Notes: generated by a model from the sequence alone, not told the origin. 64,000 nt of DNA from Eledone cirrhosa (GCA_964016885.1 OZ024758.1:20832001-20896000); one strand, 5' to 3'; shown: positions 9,813-22,077, counted from the first letter of the stretch. Translations and numbers: made by a program.

Positions 9813-12204
9813 TTGCGATGATTGTCCACAAGTCTTGAAATTTGTTTCAGGTGTTGGTGGCACGGGCAAGAGTTTTTTGATAAATGTACTGGCTGATAAA
9901 ATTCAGTACATGTATCCAAATGACAATGGCCCGAGCGTAGTGATATCGGCACCCACAGGAATGGTTGCTTTCCAACTCAACGGCATGACTGTTCATCGAA
10001 TGCTAAAGCTCAAAGTGCAGCACGGTAAAACTCCCGTGTACGATGATCTACCAAAGGACTTTTTGAAAATGCTGAGGATGGGGCTTCAATATGTCCGACT
10101 GATCATAATCGATGAGATTAGCATGGTCAGTCATTTGCAGTTGGCATTCATTCACTTGAGATTGTGCCAATTGTTTTGTGACTTTGCCCAAGGCATTTCT
10201 CCTTTCGGGCGAATGAACATTGTTGTTTTTGGAGATTTGCTTCAATTACCGCCTGTTAGAGAAAAGCCGGTGTTTAACAAAGTTACTCACCAAGATGCAC
10301 AAAGATCATGCATAGGCGTCAGCAGCCACCATTTGTGGAGGTACTTCAAGTACGACGAGTTGACAGTCAACATGCGTCAGAAAGAAGACTTGGATAATTA
10401 TGTTGACATGCTCGGCCGAATAAGGCTGGGTTCACCACTTGATTCAGATATTGAAATTCTAAATAAGCATAGAATTGATCTCAACGGCAAAGCTTCCATT
10501 GATCAGGTTGCTTACAAAATGTGTGAGCTGATACAGACTTCTAATTTGAGTATCGTCTGTATCATGCCTCTAAACGAGTCAGTAGAAAAGTTTAACGCTG
10601 CAATGCTCAATAAACTTGGCATTAATACCGTTGAACTTATGGCTATTGATTCGAATATGAGGCAAACCAAATGTCAAAAGAAAACAATAAGAAAAAAGCT
10701 GACCACTAAAAAGACTTCTGATACTGCTGGCCTTGAAACTGTTCTTAAAGTTGGCGTTAATGCTCGAGTTATGCTTAAACGCAACATCGATCTTGAGAAA
10801 GGCTTGTGCAATGGTGCAATGGGAACTGTAAAGCAACTCAATTATGAGTTTGGAAAAATTACTTCCATTGACGTTCTCTTTGAGAGTACAAACCAAATTG
10901 TTGCCATCAAACGTGTCAAAGCCGATTACGAATTGTCTCCTAGTGTTTTTATCACTAGAGAACAATATCCCTTGTGCATTGCATATGCAATTTCCATCCA
11001 CAAATCACAGGGAATAAGTGTCGATGGAGTCGTTGTTGATTTGGGCACTGGCGTTTTTGCAGACGGTATGGCCTATGTAGCCTTGTCTAGAGCCCGCAAA
11101 CTGTGCAATGTTTACTTGATTGATCTTGATCCAACGAGTTTGATCATGTGCGACTCTAGTGCTTGGAGAGAATACAATTATTTGAGAGAGACCATTAATA
11201 TGGGACCGCTTCCATTGTGTAACGTGAGGCCCAACAGTATTGGACAGGCCAAAAAAGCAACTAAAAAAAGTAAATTTGCTATTAATATTGACAGTGGAAT
11301 GGTCAACTTGGCGAATCCAAAAAAGGCCAGAACTGAGAAAACGGTTGCAAAGCCGTACATTTCGCTGATCAATGAGAGAAATGCTTGCTTTGTAAACAGC
11401 ACCATGCAAGTTATACGCCAGCTGGTGTTGTTGGTTGAACACATTCAGTCCACTGATGATGTTGCTATTCGTGAAATTAGCGATATTATATCGTCATCTG
11501 GAACTAAATCGGTCGCAAATTTGAGAAATATTCTCGGTGGCAGGTTTAATAATGGTACCCAACAGTGTGCGCACGATTTTTGGAAGCACATTTATCAGTT
11601 GTTCTCTAAAAAAATTAAACAACTATTCACCTTTGAGGAAAATACTTGGCTCAGCTGCACTAGAAAACACGAGCACAATTGCCCCAGATTGCACAATGAT
11701 GAATGTTATTGTGCATCGATCAACGGCTGTGGCACTTGCACACATATAACTGATGTCAAGTCTGATCTGACGTTGCAGCCTGTTAATGGTCGGCAGCAAT
11801 TCAAAAGCTTGCTCAAAACTGATGTTTCGCTCATTAAGAGATGCGATCTGTGTGGCATTGACACCGAGCACTTTGGTACAGTTAACCATGTATTTCCAAA
11901 CACAATGCGTTACTTGGTTGTTTATTTGAATAGATTCGAATATACAAACAATCAGATGATCAGAATTGATTCTGAGTTGATGAATTTCTCTCCGAACAAG
12001 CAGAGCATTTACGGCCAAAAATTCCGACTAATCGGCTCCGTCTTGCATTCACTGGCTAGTGCAGACTCCGGGCACTACACCAGCATCGTCCGCAATCAGG
12101 ACAGATGGGACATTATTAACGATGCCGTTTTTTCCAAGCAGTATATAGGTTTCCCGTCGAAACTGCTTAACAACTACCTGTTGTTTTTAGAAAAGTTGAA
12201 TTGA
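9718..12204 (+). CDS. PIF1-family SF1B helicase fused to a C-terminal ubiquitin-specific protease (peptidase C19) domain; frameshifted continuation of the Rep ORF
   Basis: Walker A GVGGTGKS (9850-9873), SAPTG, IIIDEISMV, FGDLLQLPPV, LTVNMRQ, YAISIHKSQG, AYVALSRA. USP Cys box LINERNACFVNSTMQ (Cys 11386-11388), QQCAHDF, His box LIGSVLH..SGHYTS (His 12073-12075) and WDIIND. Confidence 0.9.
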   Translation: MKCKEKFMTISLPVLTNKTKIWDNSKPYPRCSCDDCPQVLKFVSGVGGTGKSFLINVLADKIQYMYPNDNGPSVVISAPTGMVAFQLNGMTVHRMLKLKVQHGKTPVYDDLPKDFLKMLRMGLQYVRLIIIDEISMVSHLQLAFIHLRLCQLFCDFAQGISPFGRMNIVVFGDLLQLPPVREKPVFNKVTHQDAQRSCIGVSSHHLWRYFKYDELTVNMRQKEDLDNYVDMLGRIRLGSPLDSDIEILNKHRIDLNGKASIDQVAYKMCELIQTSNLSIVCIMPLNESVEKFNAAMLNKLGINTVELMAIDSNMRQTKCQKKTIRKKLTTKKTSDTAGLETVLKVGVNARVMLKRNIDLEKGLCNGAMGTVKQLNYEFGKITSIDVLFESTNQIVAIKRVKADYELSPSVFITREQYPLCIAYAISIHKSQGISVDGVVVDLGTGVFADGMAYVALSRARKLCNVYLIDLDPTSLIMCDSSAWREYNYLRETINMGPLPLCNVRPNSIGQAKKATKKSKFAINIDSGMVNLANPKKARTEKTVAKPYISLINERNACFVNSTMQVIRQLVLLVEHIQSTDDVAIREISDIISSSGTKSVANLRNILGGRFNNGTQQCAHDFWKHIYQLFSKKIKQLFTFEENTWLSCTRKHEHNCPRLHNDECYCASINGCGTCTHITDVKSDLTLQPVNGRQQFKSLLKTDVSLIKRCDLCGIDTEHFGTVNHVFPNTMRYLVVYLNRFEYTNNQMIRIDSELMNFSPNKQSIYGQKFRLIGSVLHSLASADSGHYTSIVRNQDRWDIINDAVFSKQYIGFPSKLLNNYLLFLEKLN

Positions 12205-13694
12205 ACTTTCACCGCCAATGTACAGCAGCAAGCATTTTTTGAAAAATTTGCTTGATCCTAAGAAAAAGTAACAGAGGTTGAGAGATGTCTTGTTATCTCT
12301 AACTATTGCTTTGTTTCTATTTCTTTAGGGCATTTCTGAATTTATTAGAATATGAATCCAGTCCCACCATTGAGATATATTATCTTCATGGTGAATGTCT
12401 GCTGTTTTTTTTACCCTCGGGAAATTGTGAAATTGGTTTGCAGCTACTATGGCCTTTTGAGATATAATATTGAAAACACATGTCACTCAACCATATTCGT
12501 GTGACCATTTTGTCACTGAACTATACTCTCCGTATGATATCAATTTTTATGTATTATAATTTTATCAATATTTTATCTTAAATTAAGCATATTTTTATGT
12601 ATTATTATCTAATTTTATAAATCTTTTATTTTTTATCCATTATATCAACTACTTTCAATGTTGTATTATATTTTAAATTCCAATGTATTAATTTTTGAAC
12701 CAGAAACTCTCTAGCGCTTTAGCATTTAAAGAGACCATATCCGACCATAATTCTCTCGCCTCTTTCTATTCAAACTGGCCATAATTAGCCACTCATACTG
12801 ATAGTAAGGTATTTTTCTCAAAACAAATAACATAAAACTCTCGTAGATTCAATATTATATGAGATAATTATATAAGGTAAAGCCTTTTATGTGAAAATAC
12901 ATACACTATTTTTGTGCCTTGTTTAGCAACACAAAAATCCTCTGATACTTTGGATTAATATGGCTGACTAAAATTATATATCTGCACATTGTGTGGTGTC
13001 AACTATATTTTGTTTTGTATTTTATGCTTTCTTTAAAAATTTTTTTTTTAGTCTTATATTTTAAAAATATATTAAAATAAATTATATACGTTTTTTATTT
13101 ACATATCTTTATAATGCACCTTCCAATATTGATTGTAACGTTTATTTACTTTTATATGAATGATCTAGTTAATAGTTACTTGTCCATTTGCCAATATAAT
13201 ATGCTTTTGTAAAAGTAATTATTAACTATTATATATTAAATTACAAGATTTATTTATATAACATGCTTATAATATTGGTTGTATCATATTTACTTGTATA
13301 TTTGTCTATATTGTTTGTTTTGTGTTAAATTATTTTATTATTATTATGTTGGATTATTTTTTTAATTATTATGTTAAACTATTTGTATGTAATATTTAAT
13401 TTTTTTATTAATTCAACTATAATAATCGACATATGAAATTTAAATCAACAATAGGAGAAAAAAAAATATCTTATTGCACAAACAATAATTCTGCACAAAT
13501 GTTGCTCCATTATTAGATCTAATGTTGCAACGATGCAGTTAAATGTTGTCTGTGTATTTTAAAAAAGATTTGCTTATAATCTTTTCAAATTTCATTACGC
13601 CAATGATTCAAGCTCAAATTGACATTATCTAAAAAATTGTACAAACAGCGGTGGATTAGCAGTAGTGAACAGATAAATCAGTCAATTTATTAAG

Positions 13695-14353
13695 ATTGAC
13701 TTGGCATCAATCAGCAAGACCTTCATTAGCTGCTCTCCAGCCATCTATTTAAAGCTGTATACATCTATGGTACGAATACACTTGGAGTTCGCGTCATCAG
13801 TCTGGAACCCCTATCTTGCTCAGAACATTGACCTCCTGGAAACTGTTCAGAGACATGCAACCAAGCGCATACCCTCCATCAGACACCTACCATACCCTGA
13901 ATATTTTGCTTCCCTCTGGCAATGGACTTGGTAAACACCCACAAAGTTATTAACCATCCGACCAACAACAACCCCGAACACCTTTTTGATCTCCATGTGT
14001 CTAACACGTGGACATGCCTACAAAGTCAGAAAACAACACAGCTCCCATGACTTTAGGAAATATTTCTTCATGCTCAGAGTTGCTGAAGGATGGAACAAAC
14101 TTCCTGCATCAGTTGTTAGCTGATGACACACTGCATCCTTTAAAACCATCATACATTCCGAAATACACCAAAACTACACCTGATGTCCCCCTTCCATACA
14201 CATGCACATATGTGTATATCATGACTCATGCACTGTTCTTTTTTCCTGACGTTTTTATATTACCCTATGTATTATATATGCACTTTTGATGAGTTGTAGT
14301 GCACCTCAGCATTGTACACAATATTTTCATTATTATTATCATTATTATTATTA
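13695..14353 (+). mobile_element. 5'-truncated CR1-group LINE 3' end (degenerate RT C-terminus, 3' UTR and (TTA)n tail)
   Basis: LYTSMVRIHLEFASSVWNPY...LETVQRHATKRIP..LPY; then, in another frame, TRGHAYKV...FFMLRVAEGWNKLPASVV; ends in ATT repeats at 14328-14353. Confidence 0.85.
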
Positions 14354-14825
14354 CACTCATTGATCCATTTTGCACTAACTCTGCATCAAGCACCCTCACC
14401 TAAATATTAACCAATCAAGGATCCAATACAGCTATCTGTTGGATGAGTATTGTATAGTGCCAAAAACGAAACCAATCAGTTTAGCAGAAAGTTTCCAGAC
14501 AAGAAACACGCATATTTTGCTATCCTCAAACACGTTTACACATGGCATGAAATATAACTAATCCGAGATGGCTAGGTTTCATCTTCTAACTGGATATACG
14601 AAATCCATTATGTCTTGACAACAACATGAGGTAACATTATGTTATTCACAGACACACTTTGTACACTGTTCCATATCAGAATGTATTTCCTTCGTCACAT
14701 TCACAAACAGTATTGAAAATATGTTCTTCGGCAAATAAAAATGTTTTGTTCATAATATTTCAACTAGCGATTGCTCTACTCCACGCATGACCACCATAAA
14801 TTAATAACCAGCTCAACACAAGTTT

Positions 14826-14992
14826 TGGTAGAGCGTCATACACCATGCTTTGCAGTATTGTTATGGTCCTTTGCATTCTAAGTTCAAATCCTGCCGAGGT
14901 TAACTTCGACTTTCATACTTACTAATTCGATAAAATAAAGTACCAGTAATGGACTGCCGTAAGGGATTTGTGCCGAAAAATAGAAACACTAT
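14826..14992 (+). mobile_element. tRNA-derived SINE, diverged copy
   Basis: B-box AGTTCAAATCC and CGATAAAATAAAGTACCAG. Confidence 0.7.
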
Positions 14993-15545
14993 TAATGTGC
15001 AATAAGAGCAAAATATAACGACATTGCTCAATTATTTTATCTAATGTTGTAATAACACAAGGAAATGTTGTTTGTGTATTTTTTTTTTATATTTGCTCAT
15101 AGGCTTTTACAATTTCGCTCAGCCAACAACTATTAAAAAGTGAGTTGCTTAAGATAACAATTTAATCACAAATTGTTGCTATCTTTTAATACACTCCAAC
15201 AAGTCATCAAATTATGTACAATAAAAACAAATCTTATTAATTTGCTCAGGGAATATAAAGAAAATGTATATACACTGATAATTGCAATTGTATGTAAATA
15301 TTTTGTTTTTGTATTGTTTATTTTATGTTTTCTATTATGTATAATATATTGATTTAATATTGATTGTTTTTTGTAGTTGTTTATATTAAAAGTCTGAAAA
15401 TATTTTTATACATCTTACACTAATATTTATAAGATAATTTAGAATAACAATTACATAATCTAATTACATTACAACGATAATTTATTATTAATATATATCC
15501 TGTTTAACTAGAGTTATTACAAGCGTTGCCTTAAAAAAATATTAA

Positions 15546-16502
15546 ACTAGACATGAAAAATGCGCAAGCTCAAAAGTGCCACAGAATGTTATAATAAACC
15601 TTCAAAAGTGTGGGACTAGAGTTGTTGCTAAAAAATATTGTAATCATTATATATCGTACATTCTGTGGCATCCTTTATAAAAATAGCTTAAACCAACGAA
15701 GCCTTTATTTTTACGCTATTTCACTTAGTTAATTCTTAGAGTGTAACATATAAAAATAAATACATCTATGTTTAATGTAATAACAGCTATAAATAATTAC
15801 GTAATATTATTATCATATACTCATAGTAACAAAATAATTGTGTTGAAACTTAATATGATGCTTATATGAACGACCAAATCTATAATGATAATTTCTTAAA
15901 TATACTAATAGTAAAATAATTTAGTTATCTATTGTTACATTTTCATAGAACTATAATATTAACAATCGTATTGCATTATCAAATTTTTATCACTACAAAC
16001 TTTCATATTGGAATTACCTTAAGCCACTTATTATTACTTCGCTTTCGTACTTTTACAGCTGTAGATATTGCGCTGTATCTTATATCTAATATCAATATCT
16101 CATGGTAATTTGCATGAAGTGTAAAATAGGTTTATTAATAACTTTAATATGAAATGTATTATACAGGGCTGCGGAGTCGGCCAAAAATTGACTGGCTCCA
16201 ACTCAGGATCCGATACTCCATTATTTCCTAAATTTCAGCTCCGCAGCTCTGTTATTATATTAATTAATTTATTTTATAGTTGTAAATCATATTTTTATAT
16301 GTTACACTCTAAGAATTAACTAAGTGAAATAGCGTAAAAATAAAGGCTTCGTTGGTTTAAGCTATTTTTATAAAGGATGCCACAGAATGTACGATATATA
16401 ATGATTACAATATTTTTTAGCAACAACTCTAGTCCCACACTTTTGAAGGTTTATTATAACATTCTGTGGCACTTTTGAGCTTGCGCATTTTTCATGTCTA
16501 GT
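15546..16502. repeat. Long inverted repeat: ~213-bp arms at 15546-15758 and 16290-16502 with a ~530-bp spacer
   Basis: ACTAGACATGAAAAATGCGCAAGCTC... is matched by ...GAGCTTGCGCATTTTTCATGTCTAGT, which runs directly into (TA)n. I saw no mismatches between the arms by eye. Confidence 0.9.
16164..16251. mobile_element. hAT-type MITE
   Basis: TIRs CAGGGCTGCGGAG / CTCCGCAGCTCTG, with 8-bp TSD-like flanks GTATTATA / TTATTATA. Confidence 0.65.
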
Positions 16503-16526
16503 ATATATATATATATATATATATTT

Positions 16527-16601
<75 letters not shown>

Positions 16602-16721
16602 ATATATATATATTTATATACATACATAATATATATATACATACATAATATATATAAATATATTTATACATGCATACATAGTATATATATTTATAGATAC
16701 ATAATATATATATATATATGT

Positions 16722-16885
<164 letters not shown>

Positions 16886-16992
16886 CTGTGTGTGTGTGTG
16901 TGTGTATCTATAAATATATATACTATGTATGCATGTATAAATATATATATATTATGTATGTATATATATTATTATATTATTATTTATTCAAG

Positions 16993-17182
16993 GGCGGTGA
17001 ATTGGCAGTATCGGTAGGGGGTCGGACGCCATGCTTTGCCGCATAGAGTTACGTGCCTTTACGGTCTGAGTTCAATCCCGTCGAGGTTAACGTTGCCTTT
17101 CATCCTTACCGGGTCGATAAAATAAAGTACCAGTTCTGAACTGGGTAATTGCCGGCATTGTGCTAAAACGTAGAAACAATCA
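16993..17182 (+). mobile_element. tRNA-derived SINE, full length
   Basis: GGCGGTGAATTGGCAGTATCGGTAG head, GAGTTCAATCC and GCCTTTCATCC...GGTCGATAAAATAAAGTACCAG. Confidence 0.85.
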
Positions 17183-17989
17183 TATTATTATTTATTCATG
17201 TATATGTGTGTATTTGTGGGCACGTATGTATGTGAGTGCATATATGTATACATATATATATTATTATAAACGAAATTGAAAGAATACCCAACCAAGAGTA
17301 GCCTTTTGGTCAGGAATACGAATGAATTTGTTAGAGCATATATAATATATTTGTTCGAGCAATGTAATATATGAAATAATTGAAAAATAAATGATTAGTA
17401 ATTTTTAAAAAATGAAAAAGTCAAATATGTAAGAAATTGTTTATAAGATTCTTGTCTAAAATGTCAGATACTCATTGTAAATGCTGATTTCTCGCCTAAA
17501 TATGAGTAGATAGATTATCGTTATTTCGAAGTCGATTGCTATAAATAGATTGGCAGATGAGTCAAAGACCTCTCTTAGACCGGGAGAATCTGTGGAAACT
17601 GCACAATAACAGAACAATTCAGTAATTCTAGAACATTATTTCAGTATACAAGTTCATTTGTTATGTATATCGCCTGTCTTTATTTCCTTCTTCCAGTCAA
17701 TTCTGAGCAGGTGTCATTATTGCATCATTCTCATCCAGTCCTTTCTATGTTTCATCTGCCTGTCACCCACCTTATGGATTGTCTCTCTGTTAACTACTGA
17801 CCGCGGTCTCTGGGGCTGTTTTGCCTAGCACTGTATTTGATAGCATTTAGCTGTTGTAATGGCTGTTCTGTTGATGCGTTTTCTCCTTTTTACATGTATT
17901 CAATATATATATATATATATATATATTTATGAAGTCTGAAGTCTGTCTCAAGCCAGAAGGCTCATTTGTCGTGAAGCGACTAACGACAA

Positions 17990-18116
17990 AACTATCAGCT
18001 GAGCAACGTGAAATGAAGTAATTAGCTCACGAACAAAAGAGGCAGCCCAGGAATCGAGTCCACGACATTATGATCGTAAGTCCAACACCCTTACCACTAG
18101 GCCACGTGTCTCCACA
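17990..18116 (-). mobile_element. Second tRNA-derived SINE family, fragment
   Basis: Minus-strand head GTGGAGACACGTGGCCTAGTGGTAAGGGTGTTGGACT; related to 28555-28692. Confidence 0.55.
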
Positions 18117-18127
18117 CACACATATCA

Positions 18128-18272
18128 AAAACCACAGACCCTCTATCTCAATTCTACTTTTGAAAAGCAGAAGAGCTGCATTTTCGCTTTCATCTTTTTT
18201 CTTTATACTTTCACTCCTGTAGGACACCTCGGTTATTTTTCATTTTGTAAAAAAAACTCACTTTCTAATATA
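18128..18272 (+). mobile_element. Family F short element with an internal deletion through the ribozyme 3' half
   Basis: AAAACCACAGACCCTCTATCTCAATTCTACTTTTGAAAAGCAG matches 41298-41341. The tail matches the reverse complement of 41120-41212 and ends in TA repeats. Confidence 0.7.
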
Positions 18273-19597
18273 TATATACATATATAAATAAAACATATAT
18301 CTTTCTATAACAAATGTAATTACATGATTTGCTGAGCAGCCTTCTTAGAGAAAAACTACTAAAATATTTGTTGATATATCCTCAAACTCAAAACGCATTA
18401 TTTTTGTGGAAATCAATTAAAAAAAAAATATATATTTTTTGCTAATTGGAATCTTTTCAATGGACATAATCATGATAATTTTACACACTGATGCGGTGAA
18501 GATGCCTTCTTCCGTAGAGGTGTCATTATACACATATTAATTCATTAACTTTTAAATTCAAATGAAAATTGAAAATATTGGTTGATTTAATTTAAAATGA
18601 AAAACGTATTGACTTGAAAGCGCTTAATATATTGTTAATTCTCCAATACAAGTATGCAAATGCCGTTGGTAAAACTGTGTTGTTCTAGTCAATGTTGTGA
18701 AATCGAGGAAATCAAAAGACTGCAGAAAATATTCATTTAGCTCATTATTTCGAAGAAATAGTTTGTGATATCAGAATACTAAAATATAATTTGGTAGGAA
18801 TACTTTTAATCTTGATGGGCCAGGGAATAAACAAATAAAAAATCAATAATAAAATGAATAATTTAATAATTATAGATTAACATAATTAAAACAGTCGCGC
18901 ATATCTAATATTGGAAATTCAATGAAGATCTTAGAAATCATACGATTGTTGGTTTTAAAGAAATTGCTATATGTTTGAAAACGTCTAAATATTTAGCAAT
19001 ATATATGCAGATGGTTTCTGCCTGAAGTTAGAATCTGAATGTTATATAACATCAATTAAAATATATTATTGCTTAGAACAGGTGGAAAATGGAAGCAAAA
19101 TGTCATACTAGTTTGTCTATTAATATTTACATTCTCCTCACACATTAGTTAGTATCACGACTGCCATTTTAACAAGCCGCACAAGCTTTCCGTTTTAATG
19201 GCGTCATAGAATCTGCTCCTCCTACGACCGCTGGTTGAAATATATACACACATTAACATAAGGTGAAATAACGAAATTAAGATTATGTTGACAACAATTG
19301 TTTTCATTACATGAAAATATAGATCGCGAAAAGTGGAGGCGGAGAGACTATCATAATTGATGTATGAGGGAGAAAAGGAGGTAGCTAAATTGGAGATTAA
19401 TTCATAAATGAATATGTATTGTAAGTTATGGCCGTGTAACTTCTGAGAGTCGTACGGGCCCATTTCTCACCAGGGATGAGCACATCAGATTTCTTCGAGG
19501 GAAAGATAGAAAATGTAAGAGAGCAAATGAGAAAGTTATATGGAGAAATAATTGCCACCCGTACTAAAATAGTAATATTATTATCGACCTCGAAAAG

Positions 19598-19783
19598 GCG
19601 GTGGCTTGGCAGTATCGGTAGAAGGTCGGACGCCATGCTTTCCAGCTTAGTTAAATCCCTTAACGATCTGAGTTCAAATCCCGCTGATGTTGACTTTGCC
19701 TTTCATCCATACGGGGTCGATAAAATAAAGTACCAGTAATGTACTGGGTAATTGCTGGCCTTGTGCCAAAAGTAGAAACAATT
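19598..19783 (+). mobile_element. tRNA-derived SINE with target-site duplication
   Basis: Full-length copy flanked on both sides by TTATTATCGACCTCGAAA. Confidence 0.85.
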
Positions 19784-20595
19784 ATTATCGACCTCGAAAC
19801 GATGACAGACAAAGTTGACTTCGGTAGAATATGAGCTTAAAGAGTCGGAACGCATACCATAAAGCATTCTATCCGACGTACGAACAACTTTGGCAATTCG
19901 CCGCCTAAATGAGCAGCTAGGACAATATAAAATACAAATTATTTCAATCATTATGTTTATCCCTTAGAAGCAGCATATGAAATGTATATACGTGTTGGAA
20001 TATATTTCAGTTTCAGTCTGTGGAAGTAATCTAAAAGCACATAATTCCTTAACAGAACACTAGATATTCGCTTATGTAAAACCATACGAGAAACACGAAG
20101 TCTAAATCAGTATACCCTTTACTTTATGTGATGAAGTGTATGAAACCTTAAGCTGATAAGTAAAATGCACTGATTACGTTTTCAGGGTGCACTTGTAAAT
20201 AAATCCGACGTATATGATGATCAAAATCTCACACCCCGCTACTAATATTTACAGATTTTGAACTTACTAGACGTGAATTGACGTCAGCGGGAAATATATT
20301 CAAAGGGAATTATGGAGAAGGACAGCGTGGAATTAGTATTTGTAATAGGCTGGAAGCTAAAAGGCGAGTAGTAAAAATAGAATTACGAATATTAGTGTTG
20401 TTGCATGGAACACATGCAAAATAAGACGAGAATGTCACACAAATCTCTCTTCCAACTTAATATTTCACACATCAACCTTTTACTACTAAATTGCTTAGAT
20501 TATTCCTCTAGAATCTATAGGATAAAATCTCCCACGCCTCTGTCTCTCTGCTCTCTCTGGTACAAAAACGTAACTAGATATAGTCTCGGCTTAAG

Positions 20596-20653
<58 letters not shown>

Positions 20654-21447
20654 TTTTTATTAATTCACGAAATGCTTCCACAGGCCACAGAAAACACATT
20701 GGCGAGTTGCATTTGGCTCTCGGGCCCTTATTTTGCCCAACCCTGCTATAAATAACTTAATAACTGTGTCTTAATAATAAATTGATAAAATATATCTATC
20801 AAATCGGTGCTACGGTATGGCTGCAGCATGTAAAGGAGTAACAGAGTGATGTAACATTTGTCATCGCAGGATTATTCAACTTTCCTGACACATAATAACA
20901 ACGATTATATAAGCACTGGGTAATTGCTGGCCTTGTGCCTAAAGAAGAAACAATTATATTATATAATATTATAACATATTTACAACATACATATTGAATA
21001 TATTGTAGCTGCTATTTCAGGCTCTTCGTTGAATTACAGGGATGCTTTCTCCTAGCAATTATATTCAGGTGATATATTTGGGCATTATAAACAGAAATCA
21101 TATCCCAATACTAAATAATAATAAGGCCTACGGTCTTTAATTGGGGCTAATTAAAAATTGATATCACCATGACTTACTCAAGGGATTTAGGATATTATTA
21201 TAGTAGAAATTATCGAAGTAAAAGTCAGTTCTCGAGAGAAAATGGAATATTAATTATTAATAGACATTTTCAATTTAGATTTAGCGAAGAAAGTCTAGTT
21301 CTGCTTCAGAGCAAAGGCATCGGTTTATTCCAATTTACGATCGCGACATTAATTACTATAGCACCTAATATCACGTGCGGGGTTATACGTTCAGTCACAC
21401 TTTAAAATGAGGAAACTTTTAACCGAGCATATATGTATGTATTTATG

Positions 21448-21488
<41 letters not shown>

Positions 21489-21491
<3 letters not shown>

Positions 21492-21578
21492 GTCACCAGT
21501 TGGTGGTACTGGTAACATGTATCCCAGTACAACCTGTCCCATGGTCGTGTCGTTGGCGACTAAACTGGCAACCCACGA
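21489..21578 (+). mobile_element. Probable RTE-type LINE 5' leader fragment
   Basis: CAGGTCACCAGTTGGTGGTACTGG...GGCGACTAAACTGGCAACCC, homologous to 24925-25010. Confidence 0.5.
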
Positions 21579-22077
21579 AGGTGAAAAATAGTTTAATTAG
21601 GAATAAGTATAAATTAGTAATACGTATTAGTTAGTATTCAGTTTTAGTTTTATGTTTTTACCGGTTGCGCATTTCTTATGCTTTTCAAAAATTATTTTGA
21701 GTTAGAGTGCTCGGGATGTTTGCTCTAATCTGATCAGTTTTGGATATTCTTCCTCTTTTATGGAAAAAGGTGGCTTGGGAGGGATTAATATTTGATTATT
21801 GAATGTCTCGTGAATAAGTATTATATAATTCGCGCCAATTCGTGTTGCAAAAATTCTTGTAGTCAAAACAAATTTGATTGGTCGATAGAAGTCACGTGAA
21901 TGTTTAAATTGATTTTAGCGCGAACTGTTTTCGCGCCAAATGTAGGTTTGTCGAAGCGTGTCCTTTTCCGCTTGATTGAGTTGCAGTCATGTTGAGAAAC
22001 ATACATAAACACACAATCATAAATATAATATATATATATGAAAGACGTAAATGAGAAAGTTATATGTGTGCCTGTGC

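Larger units (their letters stand above)
5481..12204 (+). mobile_element. Helitron2/Helentron-like rolling-circle transposon coding region (Rep-PIF1-USP); element termini not resolved
   Basis: Three consecutive ORFs join into one reading frame of ~2240 aa across a TAA at 6006-6008 (same frame on both sides) and a +1 shift near 9774-9778. It is intronless and visibly more GC-rich than its flanks. Confidence 0.9.

Noticed and set aside
6380-12018. Minus-strand and alternate-frame ORFs overlapping the RepHel gene, e.g. 8871-9500
   Set aside because: Shadow ORFs of a long coding sequence with no recognisable motifs.
16993-17080. tRNA gene
   Set aside because: The A and B boxes belong to a SINE head that continues into the repeated SINE body; no complete cloverleaf could be built.
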